A stretch of DNA of 64,000 nt from Chrysomallon squamiferum (Eukaryota > Animalia > Mollusca): NCBI GenBank assembly GCA_012295275.1, contig CM022673.1:2666001-2730000 (forward strand). Reading direction: 5' to 3'. Numbering within the stretch: position 1 is the first letter of the stretch; each line of letters opens with the position of its first letter. Position numbers and translations under genes: made by a program. The notes under the pieces were generated by a model. It ran no database searches, was not told the origin of the DNA, and saw only the letters and a list, made by a program, of their open reading frames with translations. Of the stretch, positions 14,401 to 53,176 are shown piece after piece.

Positions 14401-14919
14401 ATATTGAAACCCACGAGGGCCCATTACGACTGGAATTCGTTTTATATAATCTCCGACTTCTAAAGGTCCTACTTCTGACCACAGGCTGATTTTCTTGGCA
14501 GCTACTGGATCAATAGCTCGCCAGCAGTCCTGTGTTGCAAAAGGATGATCAGCAGTGAAAAACGGATTCTCTCCGTTAAAACCATAGATTATCCGATCCG
14601 TTTTGGTCGTACGGTTAATACTTTCACTGGAGGCTTTTCCAACGATATCCTCGCCTCCAAGATTTGCAGTTTGAGGAGTAACAGACGAAATATCCATTCC
14701 TTCAGAATTTCCTCTCAAAATGGTGCTTCCCTTTGTAAAACAGCCTCCATCGTTGGTGACAGGAGAGTATGGAACATCGGGTGTCGCATGACGTGTTGCG
14801 TTGGTTCTCTGAGGTTGAGTTGGTTCTTTGGTTAACATCGTAGATGTTTCAATTATCCTGGCAATTTTCCCCATGCTGCTGTTAATTTCGCGTTCAGTGC
14901 GTTTAATTCTCAGGCACAT
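11406..14919 (-). pseudogene. Disrupted gene for a Hint (Hedgehog/intein-type autoprocessing) domain protein with large helical, hydrophobic C-terminal region
   Basis: GG-CFTKGSTI (Hint block A, Cys at 14742-14740) and FFTADHPF (block B TxxH, His at 14547-14545). Coding-like sequence continues collinearly through several frames with in-frame stops (e.g. 13960-13958, 13699-13697) and multiple frameshifts into the 268-aa ORF 13674-12868; donor at 12922, further exon remnants at about 12376-12215 and 11636-11406 (EAVLSSVGSALAITGITVTVVLML). Confidence 0.8.
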
Positions 14920-15279
14920 TCACTTTTATTTAAATACAATCAGAAAATGAGCTGTGACATACAATGACTGTAACTGTTAATACAAGTGATATTTCATGAC
15001 TGTATGACATTTGGTAATTACAAAACGATTGTAAATCTGTTGTAATTTGTCGTCTTTGGTTTGTCTGTTCTTATAACAGAGCTAAATAAATCAGAATTTT
15101 ATTTTATGTTTAATATAAAATTACCAAACTATAACATAATTCGTCAAATATAACATATACCTCATCGCACAAGCACAAATAAAAAAAAAAAGGTTTTTAA
15201 ATAATTGTTATAGCAAAAAATAATATTTAACTCTATATATATATATATAGACAGAGATGGAGATAGATAAACATTTGAT

Positions 15280-15570
15280 AGATAAATAGATAGGTATATA
15301 TAGACGTAAGATAGATAGACAGACAGACAGACAAATAGATATAAAGATAGACATAAGTGTGTGTGTGTTTGTGGGTGTGGACGGACATATAAATATACAG
15401 ATAATAGACAGGCAGACAGACAGACAGATAGACAGATAGACAGACAGATAGATAGATAGATAGATAGATACATACATACATACATACATACATACATACA
15501 TAGTGAGGTAGGGAGGCACACATATAGAAAGATATATAAATAGATAAGCAGACAGACAGATAGATATACC
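15280..15570. repeat. Compound (GATA)n/(GACA)n/(CATA)n microsatellite
   Basis: Directly visible tetranucleotide runs. Confidence 0.9.
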
Positions 15571-16802
15571 GATAGGTAGTTAGCTATCTAATTAGGCAGT
15601 ATATGGCTTCATATATCAGAATGATATAACAGGACATAATACACTTTGAATAATTTTTTAATCGTTAAATTTTAATATTGTTGTTCTCGTCGTTATTGTT
15701 TTGTGTTGTATGTTTACTGTTAGGTTGACTGTATATTTTTTCTGCTATAATAAACTGTCTGAAAGGATTGTGAAGATTTTACTTCAATATGACATTTTCT
15801 GATTTTTTTTTAAATAAAAAAAGCAAAAATTGATAAAGGAAAGTAAGAAATTATTAGAAAATACCTAAATAATTGTTGTGCAATTTTCAAGAATAAATAA
15901 TCAAACAAGAAAAGCCCAGTTGTTATTTATCATTATAATTTTTTAGGTCGGAAAAAATAATAATAATAAAAAATAAATAAATAGTGTTACTCATATTATT
16001 TAGGATGAATGGCGAAGTGGTGAATAATGCAAATATTCTTTCTGCGACTGATTTCAACAAATGTGTATTCTTGTAATGGTAGAATATTCACAAAAGATAT
16101 TACAACAACAACAACAACAACAACATTTTCTAAACTAAATAAGTAATAAATGTTGCAATGATTTTAGCAAATACCACATTACCCTCTTTTTACCTACTAG
16201 TTGGAACGGCAGAAAATTCATAAGTCAGATAATGTATCGAACATAAATGGATAGATAAATAATGTTATAAATATATTCAAATATAATTGGCGAAGTGATT
16301 ATAAACTCTCATTAACAAATAACTAACTAAATAAAGAAAGAAAGAAAGAAAGAAAGAAAGAAAAAAAAAAAAAATAAATAAATGAATAAATAAATAAATA
16401 AATAAATAAATATATAAATAAATAAATAAATAAAAAATAAGATAAATATTTTAATAAATATAAGTTCACAAGTAACGTTAACAGACTGACAACCCTAATT
16501 TTTTTTTTTTAAAAATTGAAAAAATAAGATAAAAAAAACATTTCTTGCAATGTTTTTTTTTTTTTTTTATTGTTGTTGGAACGGGAAACAAATTAACAAA
16601 AGTCAGAGATCAAGACGTCTGAAGTAAATAAATAAATAACAAAATGCTACGAGTAAGTTCGAGTGTAACCAGCGTAGCGGTGAGAAACATCAATGAATAA
16701 TGGCCGTGTCAGTGCAATGAGACAAGGGCTTGTCACGCGAAGTGGTCTTGACAAACGACAGTCTACAACATCAGTTGGCCACATACCGGATCTCTTGCTT
16801 GG

Positions 16803-43518
<26,716 letters not shown>

Positions 43519-43536
43519 TATTAACCCTTATTGTGA

Positions 43537-43629
<93 letters not shown>

Positions 43630-43829
43630 CGTATAGACACAAATACATATTTATGAATGTCATGTATGTTAGGAATCTGAAAGAGCAAGAGACACAAGAA
43701 GATATATTTTTAATGCTGGTACTCTAAACATTATCCATAATACAGTCACGTTTCCAATTTGCATATGTCAAGAAAAGTAATAATTCTTCCATTTTTGTTT
43801 CTATGTCAAAAAGTTATAAGTAGGTTATG

Positions 43830-44280
43830 TTAGATAAGAATTGAAAGGTCAGTATTCTAAGTTGAGATATGACTTAAAATATCAGAATTCTATGTGTGAT
43901 AAATGACTTAAAATGTTAGAATTCTATAATGTGTGAAATACGTTATTTTTAGGATGCGAAATATGACCAAAAATGACAGAATTCTATAACTACTGAGATA
44001 TATTTTAAAATGTTAGATTCTATAATATGTGAGATATAACTTATAATAACAGATTCAATAATGTGTGAAATATGACTTAAAAGGACTATGTTCTTTAATA
44101 TACACGTGTGAAATAATGATATAAAATGTCAGATTTCTACAAGGTGTTACATAATTTTGATTTGAACTAGAAGAATTCTGTAGCAAGTGAGATATGACTA
44201 AAAATGTCATAATTCTATGATGTAATTTCTATAAACGTAAGATATGGCTTGAAATGTCCGAATGTTAAAATATCTGAAAT
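43830..44280. repeat. Degenerate ~36-bp minisatellite downstream of the guanylyl cyclase stop
   Basis: Consensus about TGTGAGATATGACTTAAAATGTCAGAATTCTATAA, roughly a dozen diverged copies. Confidence 0.75.
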
Positions 44281-44633
44281 GAGAGTATACATATGGTGAT
44301 ATATAAATACATTGTGTATACCTCGTTGATTTGTTTTCGAGCAATCATTATTTGCTAATAATAAAGTATTAGGAGACAATAGCCAGTTCTTATTGATTTA
44401 TGGATATTACATTGTGGTACATATATCCAGTATTTTAGGAAAATAAGTTAGACTGTTTAGTAACTGAACGCATAAGGTGCTTTCCCTTCCATAATTACAC
44501 ATCCATGCAACATCACCTTATCATACACACACACATACATACATACATACATACATACATACATACATACATAGATACATAAAACATACACCTAAATTGA
44601 TATACATATATACAAATACAAACATTAATAGAG

Positions 44634-44666
<33 letters not shown>

Positions 44667-45822
44667 AAGCCAGTCTGATTTGATTTTTATATTCATTATT
44701 TTATTTATTATTATTTATTTATTTATTTATTTTAAAATTTTAATATGACGAACAGCAATATCCTCATGTAAAAGTACTTTCATGTCTTTGTTTTCTTATG
44801 TTTGTGTGAGGTGTACAGCTGTAATAAACAGCTAATCATAGGCTAGCGTTTTCTGTTTGACAGACGATTTGACAATCACTGATATCATCAAATATATATT
44901 GTACATATTGTTATGTAAAGCATTTGGAAAAATGATCAAGTTGGTTTGTTATCGTCCATTAAAATATACTGTCTTTATTTCTTCTTCTTTTTTTCTTCAA
45001 AATATTTATGTATGTTAGGTCATATTGTAAACTGTTGTTGAAGATAAGTTATAAATAAAACAACCTTGTGCTGAACTAAAATATTAAAACTTTTCTCAAA
45101 GTGATTTTATCATACAATAAACGAATAATAACATTGCTTCAAAGAACAGTTTCTTAAGACTGTGATATCTAGACTAAATATAAAAAGGAATTTTCAAAAA
45201 TGTATTTTATTTTTTTATTTTTATTTTTATTTTTATTATTTTCTAAAAGTCCTTTCGTAAATAATATAGTGTACTTTTAAGTTTTATATACCTAACTTCT
45301 TCTGCTGCTTTTTTTTCTGTTTTTTTTTTTGTTTTTATTTGCTGACTTTCTTTTCTTCTTTTATTTCCTCGACACACGTGACCACTTGGCGGCAGACCGG
45401 TTGAAATTACTTGTTTCGTTCAAATGTAAAAAGAAGACGAACAACAACAACAAAAGACGAAAACATAAATAATAAAAATAAAATATATAAAAATACAAAT
45501 AAAGTAAAAACCCTTTAACGAAATGAATAATATAACAAACAGAAACTATGCATTCCGTAGCCAGTGGCCACAAAAAGCATTTCCGAATTTTATTTTCTTA
45601 TTAACATTATCCTCAGCCTCATAAGGCAAGCAGGCCTCACTAAACGTGACAGGTTCTTGCTTAAACAGCTAATATAAATATTCCTCTTAGGATTGGTTTT
45701 GCTTTAATAAGTATAGATTTAGACATTAATGAGTATAGTTATTTTTCATATTTAAGGGGATGAAGTTATCGGCGAATACCACGTGAGGTATCCACAGCCA
45801 TGACGTTGTTTGTATCTAAACA

Positions 45823-45830
45823 TGACGTCA
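45823..45830. promoter_or_regulatory. Palindromic CRE (TGACGTCA) in the putative promoter of the Ser-Pro-repeat gene
   Basis: ATGACGTCAT with a nearby half-CRE (TGACGT, 45801) and E-box CACGTG (45780), about 1 kb upstream of the ORF and upstream of its 5'UTR intron. Confidence 0.4.
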
Positions 45831-46849
45831 TTAACGTTTTCCTATTATTTTAATTACTGTACTGGCAAAGTTTTTGTTGTGAAAAAAAAAAAAGTACATT
45901 TCCCCTATAATCCATCACTTCATTTGGGTTTTATCATTTCACCTATTTGGTTTGTATTTTAACTGATTTACTGGTCTATTTAGTTCTGTTTTGTTTTAGG
46001 AAAATTAGATAAAGTGGAAATTTGTTTATCTGTTTTCAAAGTTAACGCTACAGTACGGTAATATATTCATTACTCTCTCTATATATTTATTAATTTATTT
46101 CATTTCTTAGGACCGGATATTTAATGAAATTTATTTTTATTTAATTCAGAGGGACTGTTTTTTATTAGAAAAAAATTATTATTATTAAACCTTTTTATGT
46201 ATTAGCTTATTTCCTAATTATTTCTTTAAATACCTATTTACTTTCCTACTTGCTTGTGTCATTTTGTCTGTCTTTCGGTTTTATTTATTTATGTATTTAT
46301 TTACTTATTTATATTTTAATAAATCAGCAGGCAATAAATATGTTTCCAGCACGACGAATTTAGATGACCTCAGTGTTTTTCGTTTATTCGTTTTACTTTA
46401 TCTTATATTATTTATTTTGTTTTAGATATTTGATACATTTTGAAGATCTCAAAGTAAATCGATCCAGTTCTTAACGAATACAGAATTTTAATATAGCAAG
46501 AAAAAAAAAACAATTAAAAAAAATTCAATATATTGGAATATTCACACAATGAAAAAGAAAATGAAAAATAACGAGTCCGTGTTAACTTGAAAAGATGTAT
46601 CAACAAAAATTGTTATTAAACCCCATAAATATAATTATATTAATAATGAAACCTGAATGCACGTTTCCAGTGACATTTTGGATCTTTCTTTTCTTTCAAG
46701 TTTTATTATTATTATTTATTATTAATTAATTAATTTATCTATCTATCTATCTATCTATCTACTTACTTATTTATTTATTTATTTTATTTTTTTTTTTTTT
46801 TTTTTTTTTTTTTCCATTCAGTTTTGTTCTCAAGCAAACAATCAATGTA

Positions 46850-47293
46850 ATGTCACAACAGGCAGTCACAGGGGAAGGTAGCAGAGAAGGGTCTCGTGCC
46901 TCAAACAAAGGAAGCAAACCAGGATCGAAAGTGTCAGTTGAAGCCGGCCCGTCTCCCGCCCAGCAGGCTCAGAGCACGACTCCCGCACCGGCTCCAGGCG
47001 TATCTCCCGCAGGGGCTCACAACGCCTCTCCCGGGTCTCCCGCACAGGGTGAAGGCGCGGACGGGTCTCCCGCACCGGCTCCAGGGTCTCCCGCACCGGG
47101 GGGGAGCGTGTCTCCCGCAGAACCAGGGGGCATGTCGCCCACGGCCGGAGAAGGCGAATCAAAGCACACGTCCTCTCGCAACTTAATACAGCACGACAGC
47201 TCGTACGTGAATAGTGAAGATTCGGGCTGTTTGTGCTGTGGAGGTGGTGGTGGAGGAAAAAGCGCCAAGAAACCAGGAGATGAAGACGAGTAA
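46850..47293 (+). CDS. Uncharacterised 147-aa disordered Ser-Pro/Ala/Gly-repeat protein with a CLCC cluster near the C-terminus
   Basis: Sharp GC-rich island in very AT-rich DNA with ATG and TAA at its borders; polypyrimidine tract and AG acceptor at 46820-46821 just upstream; internal repeat TCTCCCGCA (SPA) keeps frame. Confidence 0.8.
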   Translation: MSQQAVTGEGSREGSRASNKGSKPGSKVSVEAGPSPAQQAQSTTPAPAPGVSPAGAHNASPGSPAQGEGADGSPAPAPGSPAPGGSVSPAEPGGMSPTAGEGESKHTSSRNLIQHDSSYVNSEDSGCLCCGGGGGGKSAKKPGDEDE

Positions 47294-47631
47294 AAAAAAA
47301 ACATTTTAAAAAATTTAAAAATTTAAAAATCCTGCGCATGCCGTTTGAACTACACAGATTAAACTTTGAGTTATTTTAATTTTTTTTTTTTTTTTTTTAA
47401 TTCCATTTAAATAGGTCAGTGGTTTCTTCGAGAAAACTTGTCATGAATATTTATTCCATACAGTTTGAAAAAAAACAAGTACTTATAAATCCTTATAATT
47501 TATTATTTTAACAAATTTCTTTCATTTATTCTGAAATAAATAAATAAATTTGAACTGAATATATTGCTGCTTTGTTTCTATGCTTGGAATTTAACTGTGG
47601 CTGGTTATTCAATCAAGAACAGTTGCTCTCG

Positions 47632-47689
<58 letters not shown>

Positions 47690-50465
47690 TAATCCGAATG
47701 AAGAATAATATTTATGTTGATGATTTTTGTACCAGGTAATAATTATTTATAACAAAGAAGAACAGCTTGAATGACCATATAGAATGTAAACTGAAAATAA
47801 GTAGAAAAAATGTTTGTTTAAAAATATTTAAAAAATTGTAATATTACAAATTGAAAACACTACAGATATATTAATTAAATTAACAACTAAGAAACTTTTG
47901 TATTAAATACAAAGCAGCAAACCCTCTTCTTCTCTTTTTTTGACTTTTTTCTTTGCTTTTTTTTATTTATTTTTTCAAATATTGAAGAATATATATAGCA
48001 TAATACATTATATAATTTATTTCATTTTATTTCATAGTGTTTTTGTTGTTCTTTTTTTCTTTCAACAAAGATAAGAAGTAAAAAAAGAATAATTTTACCC
48101 TTCATGAATGTAGGCCTTACTTTTATTCATTTCAAACGTGAGGAATTGTGTTATAAGTATGTCGTCATTATCTGAACCTTAAAAATAAGAGTTTTCGGTG
48201 TAATTTTTATTTTAATATAACAACCAGGTTTTTTGAAGGCATTAGAAGTGAATAAAAGTAAATGAAGCTTAATTATATATTGAATGTTTTATCACAGAAT
48301 ATAACCTGTCTGAATGTCAATGAAGGGTGTCTTTTTAATTTCAAGAATCTTCAAAAACTGTAGTCGACCAGAATAATTATTTATTGTATTAAGTGTTAAA
48401 ATGTTGACAATTTAGTCATTATTTGATCAGATACATACTCTGAAATATTTATTTGACGGCAATAAAATTAATGAAATAAAACTATGTCTGGTCTTTTATC
48501 TTCTTTACACGCATGATTTGAAAATAATTACATCCAGCATTTAATAAATAAATAAGAAAAAAATAATGAAACAAATAAAAAAGGAATTAAAGCAAGAAAT
48601 GACGCCAGTATTCTGATGGAGATAACTTTCTAGATAAAATGTATTTCATTATAGAAGAGATCCGTAGATTATCTGTTTCTGCATATATATATATATATAT
48701 ATACCTGATTTATAGTAGAGAATTCACCGAAAGAATCCTGATGAAAATAAAATAATAACAAAAATTATTTTGTAAAATTATATTAAATTTGTATCCAAAA
48801 CTTCCCTAAAATAGGAAAATTATTTCCAGCTTTTTTTCCATAATGAAAAAAACTGAGATCGACTGATATAATAAGTTGTATCAGTTCGGTGCTTTGGTTA
48901 TTGTAGATAAATTAGTAACTAATACTTTATGGAATGTTTTCTCTCTAGTTACCTGAGTGGACTGTAATTATATCGCGCGACACATACTCGTAAATAAAAC
49001 TTTTAAGAGTGTCGTTTATAAAAACATTTCCTTACAAAATACATTCGGAATGACAGTGTCATACCATTTTTCAAAAATATAAACTATGGAATATTCTAGA
49101 AGAACATAGTAATTCAAAATAGGTTTATTGATACTGATATACTTTATGCAGGCTTTACACCTTTATGTTTTCATTAGATTGAATAATTCTCGTTTAAAAA
49201 AAAATTAAATAAATCAACAAGCGTTAATACTGACAAATGATTCTGAACTTGAGTTAGCTTTCCATAGATACTGAAGCATTGTATGGTATCCGTTATCTAT
49301 AATTTAAAAAAACAAATAAAGAAAATAAAGAAAAAATCTATAAATATCTGTTCAGTATGTCCAGCAGATGCAGGACACGGACTCATCATTTATGTTTTGT
49401 TTTTCTTATATATTTTAATTTCTATAATTTTATCTAAAGCAATGATTAATAAATGATGGCTGCATTGGTCTTTCAGAACCAAACGTAAACGATTCGGGCA
49501 ATTAAAGAGAATTTTCAAATGAGAAAGCCAAAACATACTCAGTCTTTCGTGATTTATTGTGATCATTAGCAAAATCGATATTAGAGATTGTTTGTCTAGT
49601 TGTCATGCCACGTGATCTAAACGAGAACTAAAGCCGCTGTAAATGGAATGTAACATAGGTAATGTATTTAACTGCATATGAATAAAAGTGTTATTTTGTT
49701 TTGTCGTTATAATGTTAAGCAAGATGTGTATGTCACACAATGTAGTTACGTTACAGAATCAGACTGTTTCTTTACTGCAAACAAAAGCTGTGATCTAAAA
49801 TTAACATAGTAGTAAGGTCCTCGATAATACATACTATTGTTAGTATTTAAGTGCTACAGTTAAACGTCGCGTCGATGAAGTTAAACTGGCTTAACTGTAT
49901 ATATGTATGTATGTATATATGTATATACACACAGAGACATACATATGCATGTGTGTGTGTGTGTGTGTCCAATACTGTATTATAACAGAAAACAAAAAAT
50001 CAACTGAAGATGTGTGTATTATTACTGTTCACGTATTATATTAATATAAACTTATAATATGTTACTTTCTTCTTCTTCTTTTTAATTTTTATTTATTTAT
50101 TAATTTACTTACTTACTTACTATTATTATTATTATTATTTTTTTTTTTTTTCCTTCTTAATTACAAGACTGTCTTTTCAGTTTTGCTGGGTGTTTTTTTT
50201 TTTCGGGGGGGTTCTGTCTGTCTATCTATCTTTGTATCTATACACATTCTTAAAATTTACTTTGGATTTTCTGCTATCATCACTGTGTGTGTGTGTGTCT
50301 GTAATACCTACATATTATTCACAGTAAATAATACATTAACACTTAATCCAGGTACACAAGATCATGGGGGAAAAAAACAACAAACAAAAAAAACCAATAA
50401 CAATCCAAATACATCTAGAAATGAAAACATAAAACAGGACTTCACATGACGTGAAACCAAAGAGC

Positions 50466-50810
50466 ATGTCGCAGAATAAAACCGAAGAATGTAGCAGCAG
50501 TGAAGAAAAGTCCAGTGAAAGAAACTACGAGAGATACGTGCGCGAGGGTAAAGATAAACGATGGTATTACCCATGGGACAAAGATATGTGTCGTATGTGC
50601 GTGCTTATGTGCATGTGGTTTGGTCTCTGTGTTGTGTTCCCCTGTTCACTGTGCATTGGCTGGTGTTGAGATATTATCTGTTGTGTGGACGAGGGACAAT
50701 GGGATAACACTTGTTTCGGGGCGTGTATTTGCGGCATCCCCATTGGACGAGGACGCAGAAGAGTTCGTCACGATAGCACAGACACGTATGCTTCGGTAGA
50801 GCAAGTTTAG
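50466..50810 (+). CDS. Small Cys-rich, probably membrane-anchored protein; 67 aa to TGA (50667-50669), 114 codons if the TGA is read through to TAG (50808-50810)
   Basis: MSQNKTEECSSSEEKSSERNYERYVREGKDKRWYYPWDKDMCRMCVLMCMWFGLCVVFPCSLCIGWC*DIICCVDEGQWDNTCFGACICGIPIGRGRRRVRHDSTDTYASVEQV*; GC-elevated over the whole span, candidate acceptor at 50350-50351, AATAAA at 51254-51259. Confidence 0.6.
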
Positions 50811-50874
50811 AGTCTGTGCGTATTTATTCAGTGCAGAGAAACCCGTTCAGAGCTATTGGAAGTAGGATCTAAAA

Positions 50875-51022
50875 CAGGCCTGGGCAACCTTTTTCGAGAA
50901 GCGGAACGCATGAGAATATTGCTCATCGTCAGGAATCCGCACTAATACTAATTAATGTTACTGTCCTCGTGAAATTATGCGTGCATTTAGAAAGTCTTAC
51001 GGCCGCAGTTTACCCGTGACTG
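50875..51022. mobile_element. Non-autonomous hAT-type MITE (about 150 bp)
   Basis: Imperfect terminal inverted repeats CAGGCCTGGGCAAC / GTTTACCCGTGACTG, flanked by similar 8-mers ATCTAAAA and TTATAAAA (decayed 8-bp TSD). Confidence 0.6.
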
Positions 51023-51120
51023 TTATAAAATCTGTGAAATTGTTCGAGTGATATCGGCAATATTGTGATGATACTCAAGATGTGTTTAAATTTCCACGTC
51101 ATTTTAGATTTTTATTTATT

Positions 51121-51155
<35 letters not shown>

Positions 51156-52239
51156 GTTTATTAATTTTTATTTTTCATTAACGTTGGGTATTTTGCCACA
51201 GTTTTTCTTCTTTTTGTTGGATTTTGAACTGAATAGACGACTAGGATTTATTGAATAAAATTATAGTTTTCTTGCAATTAAAGACAACAATTATTTTCTT
51301 TCTGTTCTTTTTTAAAAATAGTTCTATTTAATCTCTAGTCAAATATAAAAAGATTCTATGAAAACAAAAATAATAAAAAATGAAGTTCATTTTGGCTTAT
51401 CACGTTAACTAATTTGTTCAGCTCATCGAGATAACTGCAAATTAATACGAATATTATTCTGTGCAATCATTTTAGTGCTTCATAACATAAGGGAGATAAC
51501 TGTCATAATCTACAACGATAGAATAATAAAATATTGGTTTAATAATTTTATATATGAATTAGCAGAAATACAATTCGTAGCAAAATCTTCAGGATCGCAT
51601 GTGCTGAGAAATGGAGACCTAAACTGCAAAATTATCGAATGTGTTTTTACACAAATAAAATTTGATGTCTGTTACCAGCGTATGAAATTTTCCCATTTTT
51701 AACGAGACTTTATAATAAAGAACTGAAATATCTTTCAATAATTTTAAAAATATTACCACAGTTTTGCATTTTTAGACTTGATTAAAATAAACTGTCTTAT
51801 GATTACCGATATTTACATTCTCGAAACGAAATTTTTATTTGTTACATAATATACATACAGACGAACTCCGTCCAATAGGCATATCTCAAATTATAACAGC
51901 CATTCTGAAATCTTCCCCAAAGTATTTCTTTATTTTACCGTTATCTAACGGCCATCTATCCAAAGCAGCTGTTGGTTGCCATTTTTCAGTAAAATGAGGT
52001 CTGTACCTCCATTACTAATAAAAATATTATCTCCAGTTATATATTTATATATAATGCTGGATGTTTTCTTCAAGGAAAATGAATAGGATAATCAGTAAAA
52101 TTATAATATTAAAATATTTTATTAATCATGATAGTCAAACTGTTAACAACATGTAAATAGAATCCAAATTAGTTATGAAAGATTTATTTGAAATAACAAC
52201 TCCATTCACTGCAAACATCAAGCAGCCCCTCAAACACTC

Positions 52240-52272
<33 letters not shown>

Positions 52273-52422
52273 TTAAAAATCTGGTTAATAAGGTTTCAGA
52301 AATTCATAAACACATACAAAATACGTTATTATTGTCTTCTTTGAGTACCATCTTCTGCAATCTCTCCTTTCATCTCAAGAACATTTTCAGAAATCTTTCC
52401 ACTCTCCCCATCCCAAGAAAAT

Positions 52423-52568
52423 TATTAAAACAGTTAAAGATTAACAAAAGTATTAAAACAGTTAAAGATTAACAAAAGTATTAAAACAGTTAAAGAGTAA
52501 CAAAAGTATTAAAACAGTTAAAGATTAACAAAAGTATTAAAACAGTTAAAGAGTAACAAAATTATTAA
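52423..52568. repeat. 28-bp tandem repeat, 5 copies, in the ETFRF1 3' region
   Basis: TATTAAAACAGTTAAAGAKTAACAAAAG starting at 52423, 52451, 52479, 52507, 52535. Confidence 0.95.
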
Positions 52569-52592
52569 CAATATCTATACGAGAAAAACGAG

Positions 52593-53176
52593 TCAGTTAT
52601 TGTAGTATCTTTGTTTAAGTGTCCTGTACTTTCTAAGCATGTACAGGGCTTCTAGTTCTTTTATTATGTATTCGCCTTTAACTATAAGCATCTCAATATC
52701 TTTTGGATCAGTGACGTCCTTGTTTTTCAGAAAACTCTTTTTCAGCTTCTCTCTGAAATAATCATAGCCTTTAGGATAGTCTTTACCAAGGTGAAGCAGC
52801 TGAAAAAATAAAATAAAATAAATCATATTTTGTTATTGTTTTTATATATAACAGAACAAAAAGAGGCATAGCCTTAGATTAAATCATATATAACATTATT
52901 TTAAGTTTATGTTATATATAATATTATATATTTTATCAAAAGTAATTGGATCATTGATTGTGTATGTAAAAAAAGAGAGAGAGAGAGAGGACAATACAGA
53001 TAACACGAGAGAAATAATGAATTGTATACACTGAACATTGTCATTTCAACGATTTTATTAACATTTAAGAGGAATGCAAACGAACATGCTTAGTTATGAC
53101 AAATATAATATCACTTTTTGAATATACTTACATTTTTATACAACTGAATAACTTGGGGTCGCAAATTTTTACTCAT
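52593..53176 (-). CDS. ETFRF1: Electron transfer flavoprotein regulatory factor 1 (LYR motif protein 5), 83 aa
   Basis: Exons 53176-53132 ([15 protein letters not shown]) and 52799-52593 ([68 protein letters not shown]); LYK motif and the ELEALY-LRKYR-KQRYY tail typical of LYRM5; phase-0 GT-AG intron. Confidence 0.95.

Noticed and set aside
14380-14919. Hedgehog gene or true intein
   Set aside because: No Hedge signalling domain upstream, no sterol-recognition region, no terminal His-Asn followed by Cys/Ser/Thr and no host protein that would be rejoined.
12868-14919. Several independent small genes, or programmed frameshifting
   Set aside because: The ORFs are collinear fragments of one protein; there are too many stops and shifts in both directions for recoding.
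43830-44280. CRISPR-like array (also 24510-24830, 41240-41440, 52423-52568)
   Set aside because: Head-to-tail tandem units without unique spacers, no cas genes, eukaryotic context.
46866-47339. Antisense and alternate-frame ORFs over the Ser-Pro gene
   Set aside because: Expected shadows of a GC-rich repetitive coding sequence.
50500-50799. 99-aa overlapping ORF as the real gene
   Set aside because: Starts at GTG, and is the shifted frame of the ATG-initiated Cys-rich ORF; no independent support.
51034-51110. SECIS element for the TGA at 50667
   Set aside because: Two weak hairpins (GTGAAATTGTTCGA...TCGGCAATATTGTGAT and ATGATACTCAAGATGTG...CACGTCATTTTAGAT) lack the correct helix II length, symmetry or apical AA spacing; not supportable without SECISearch.
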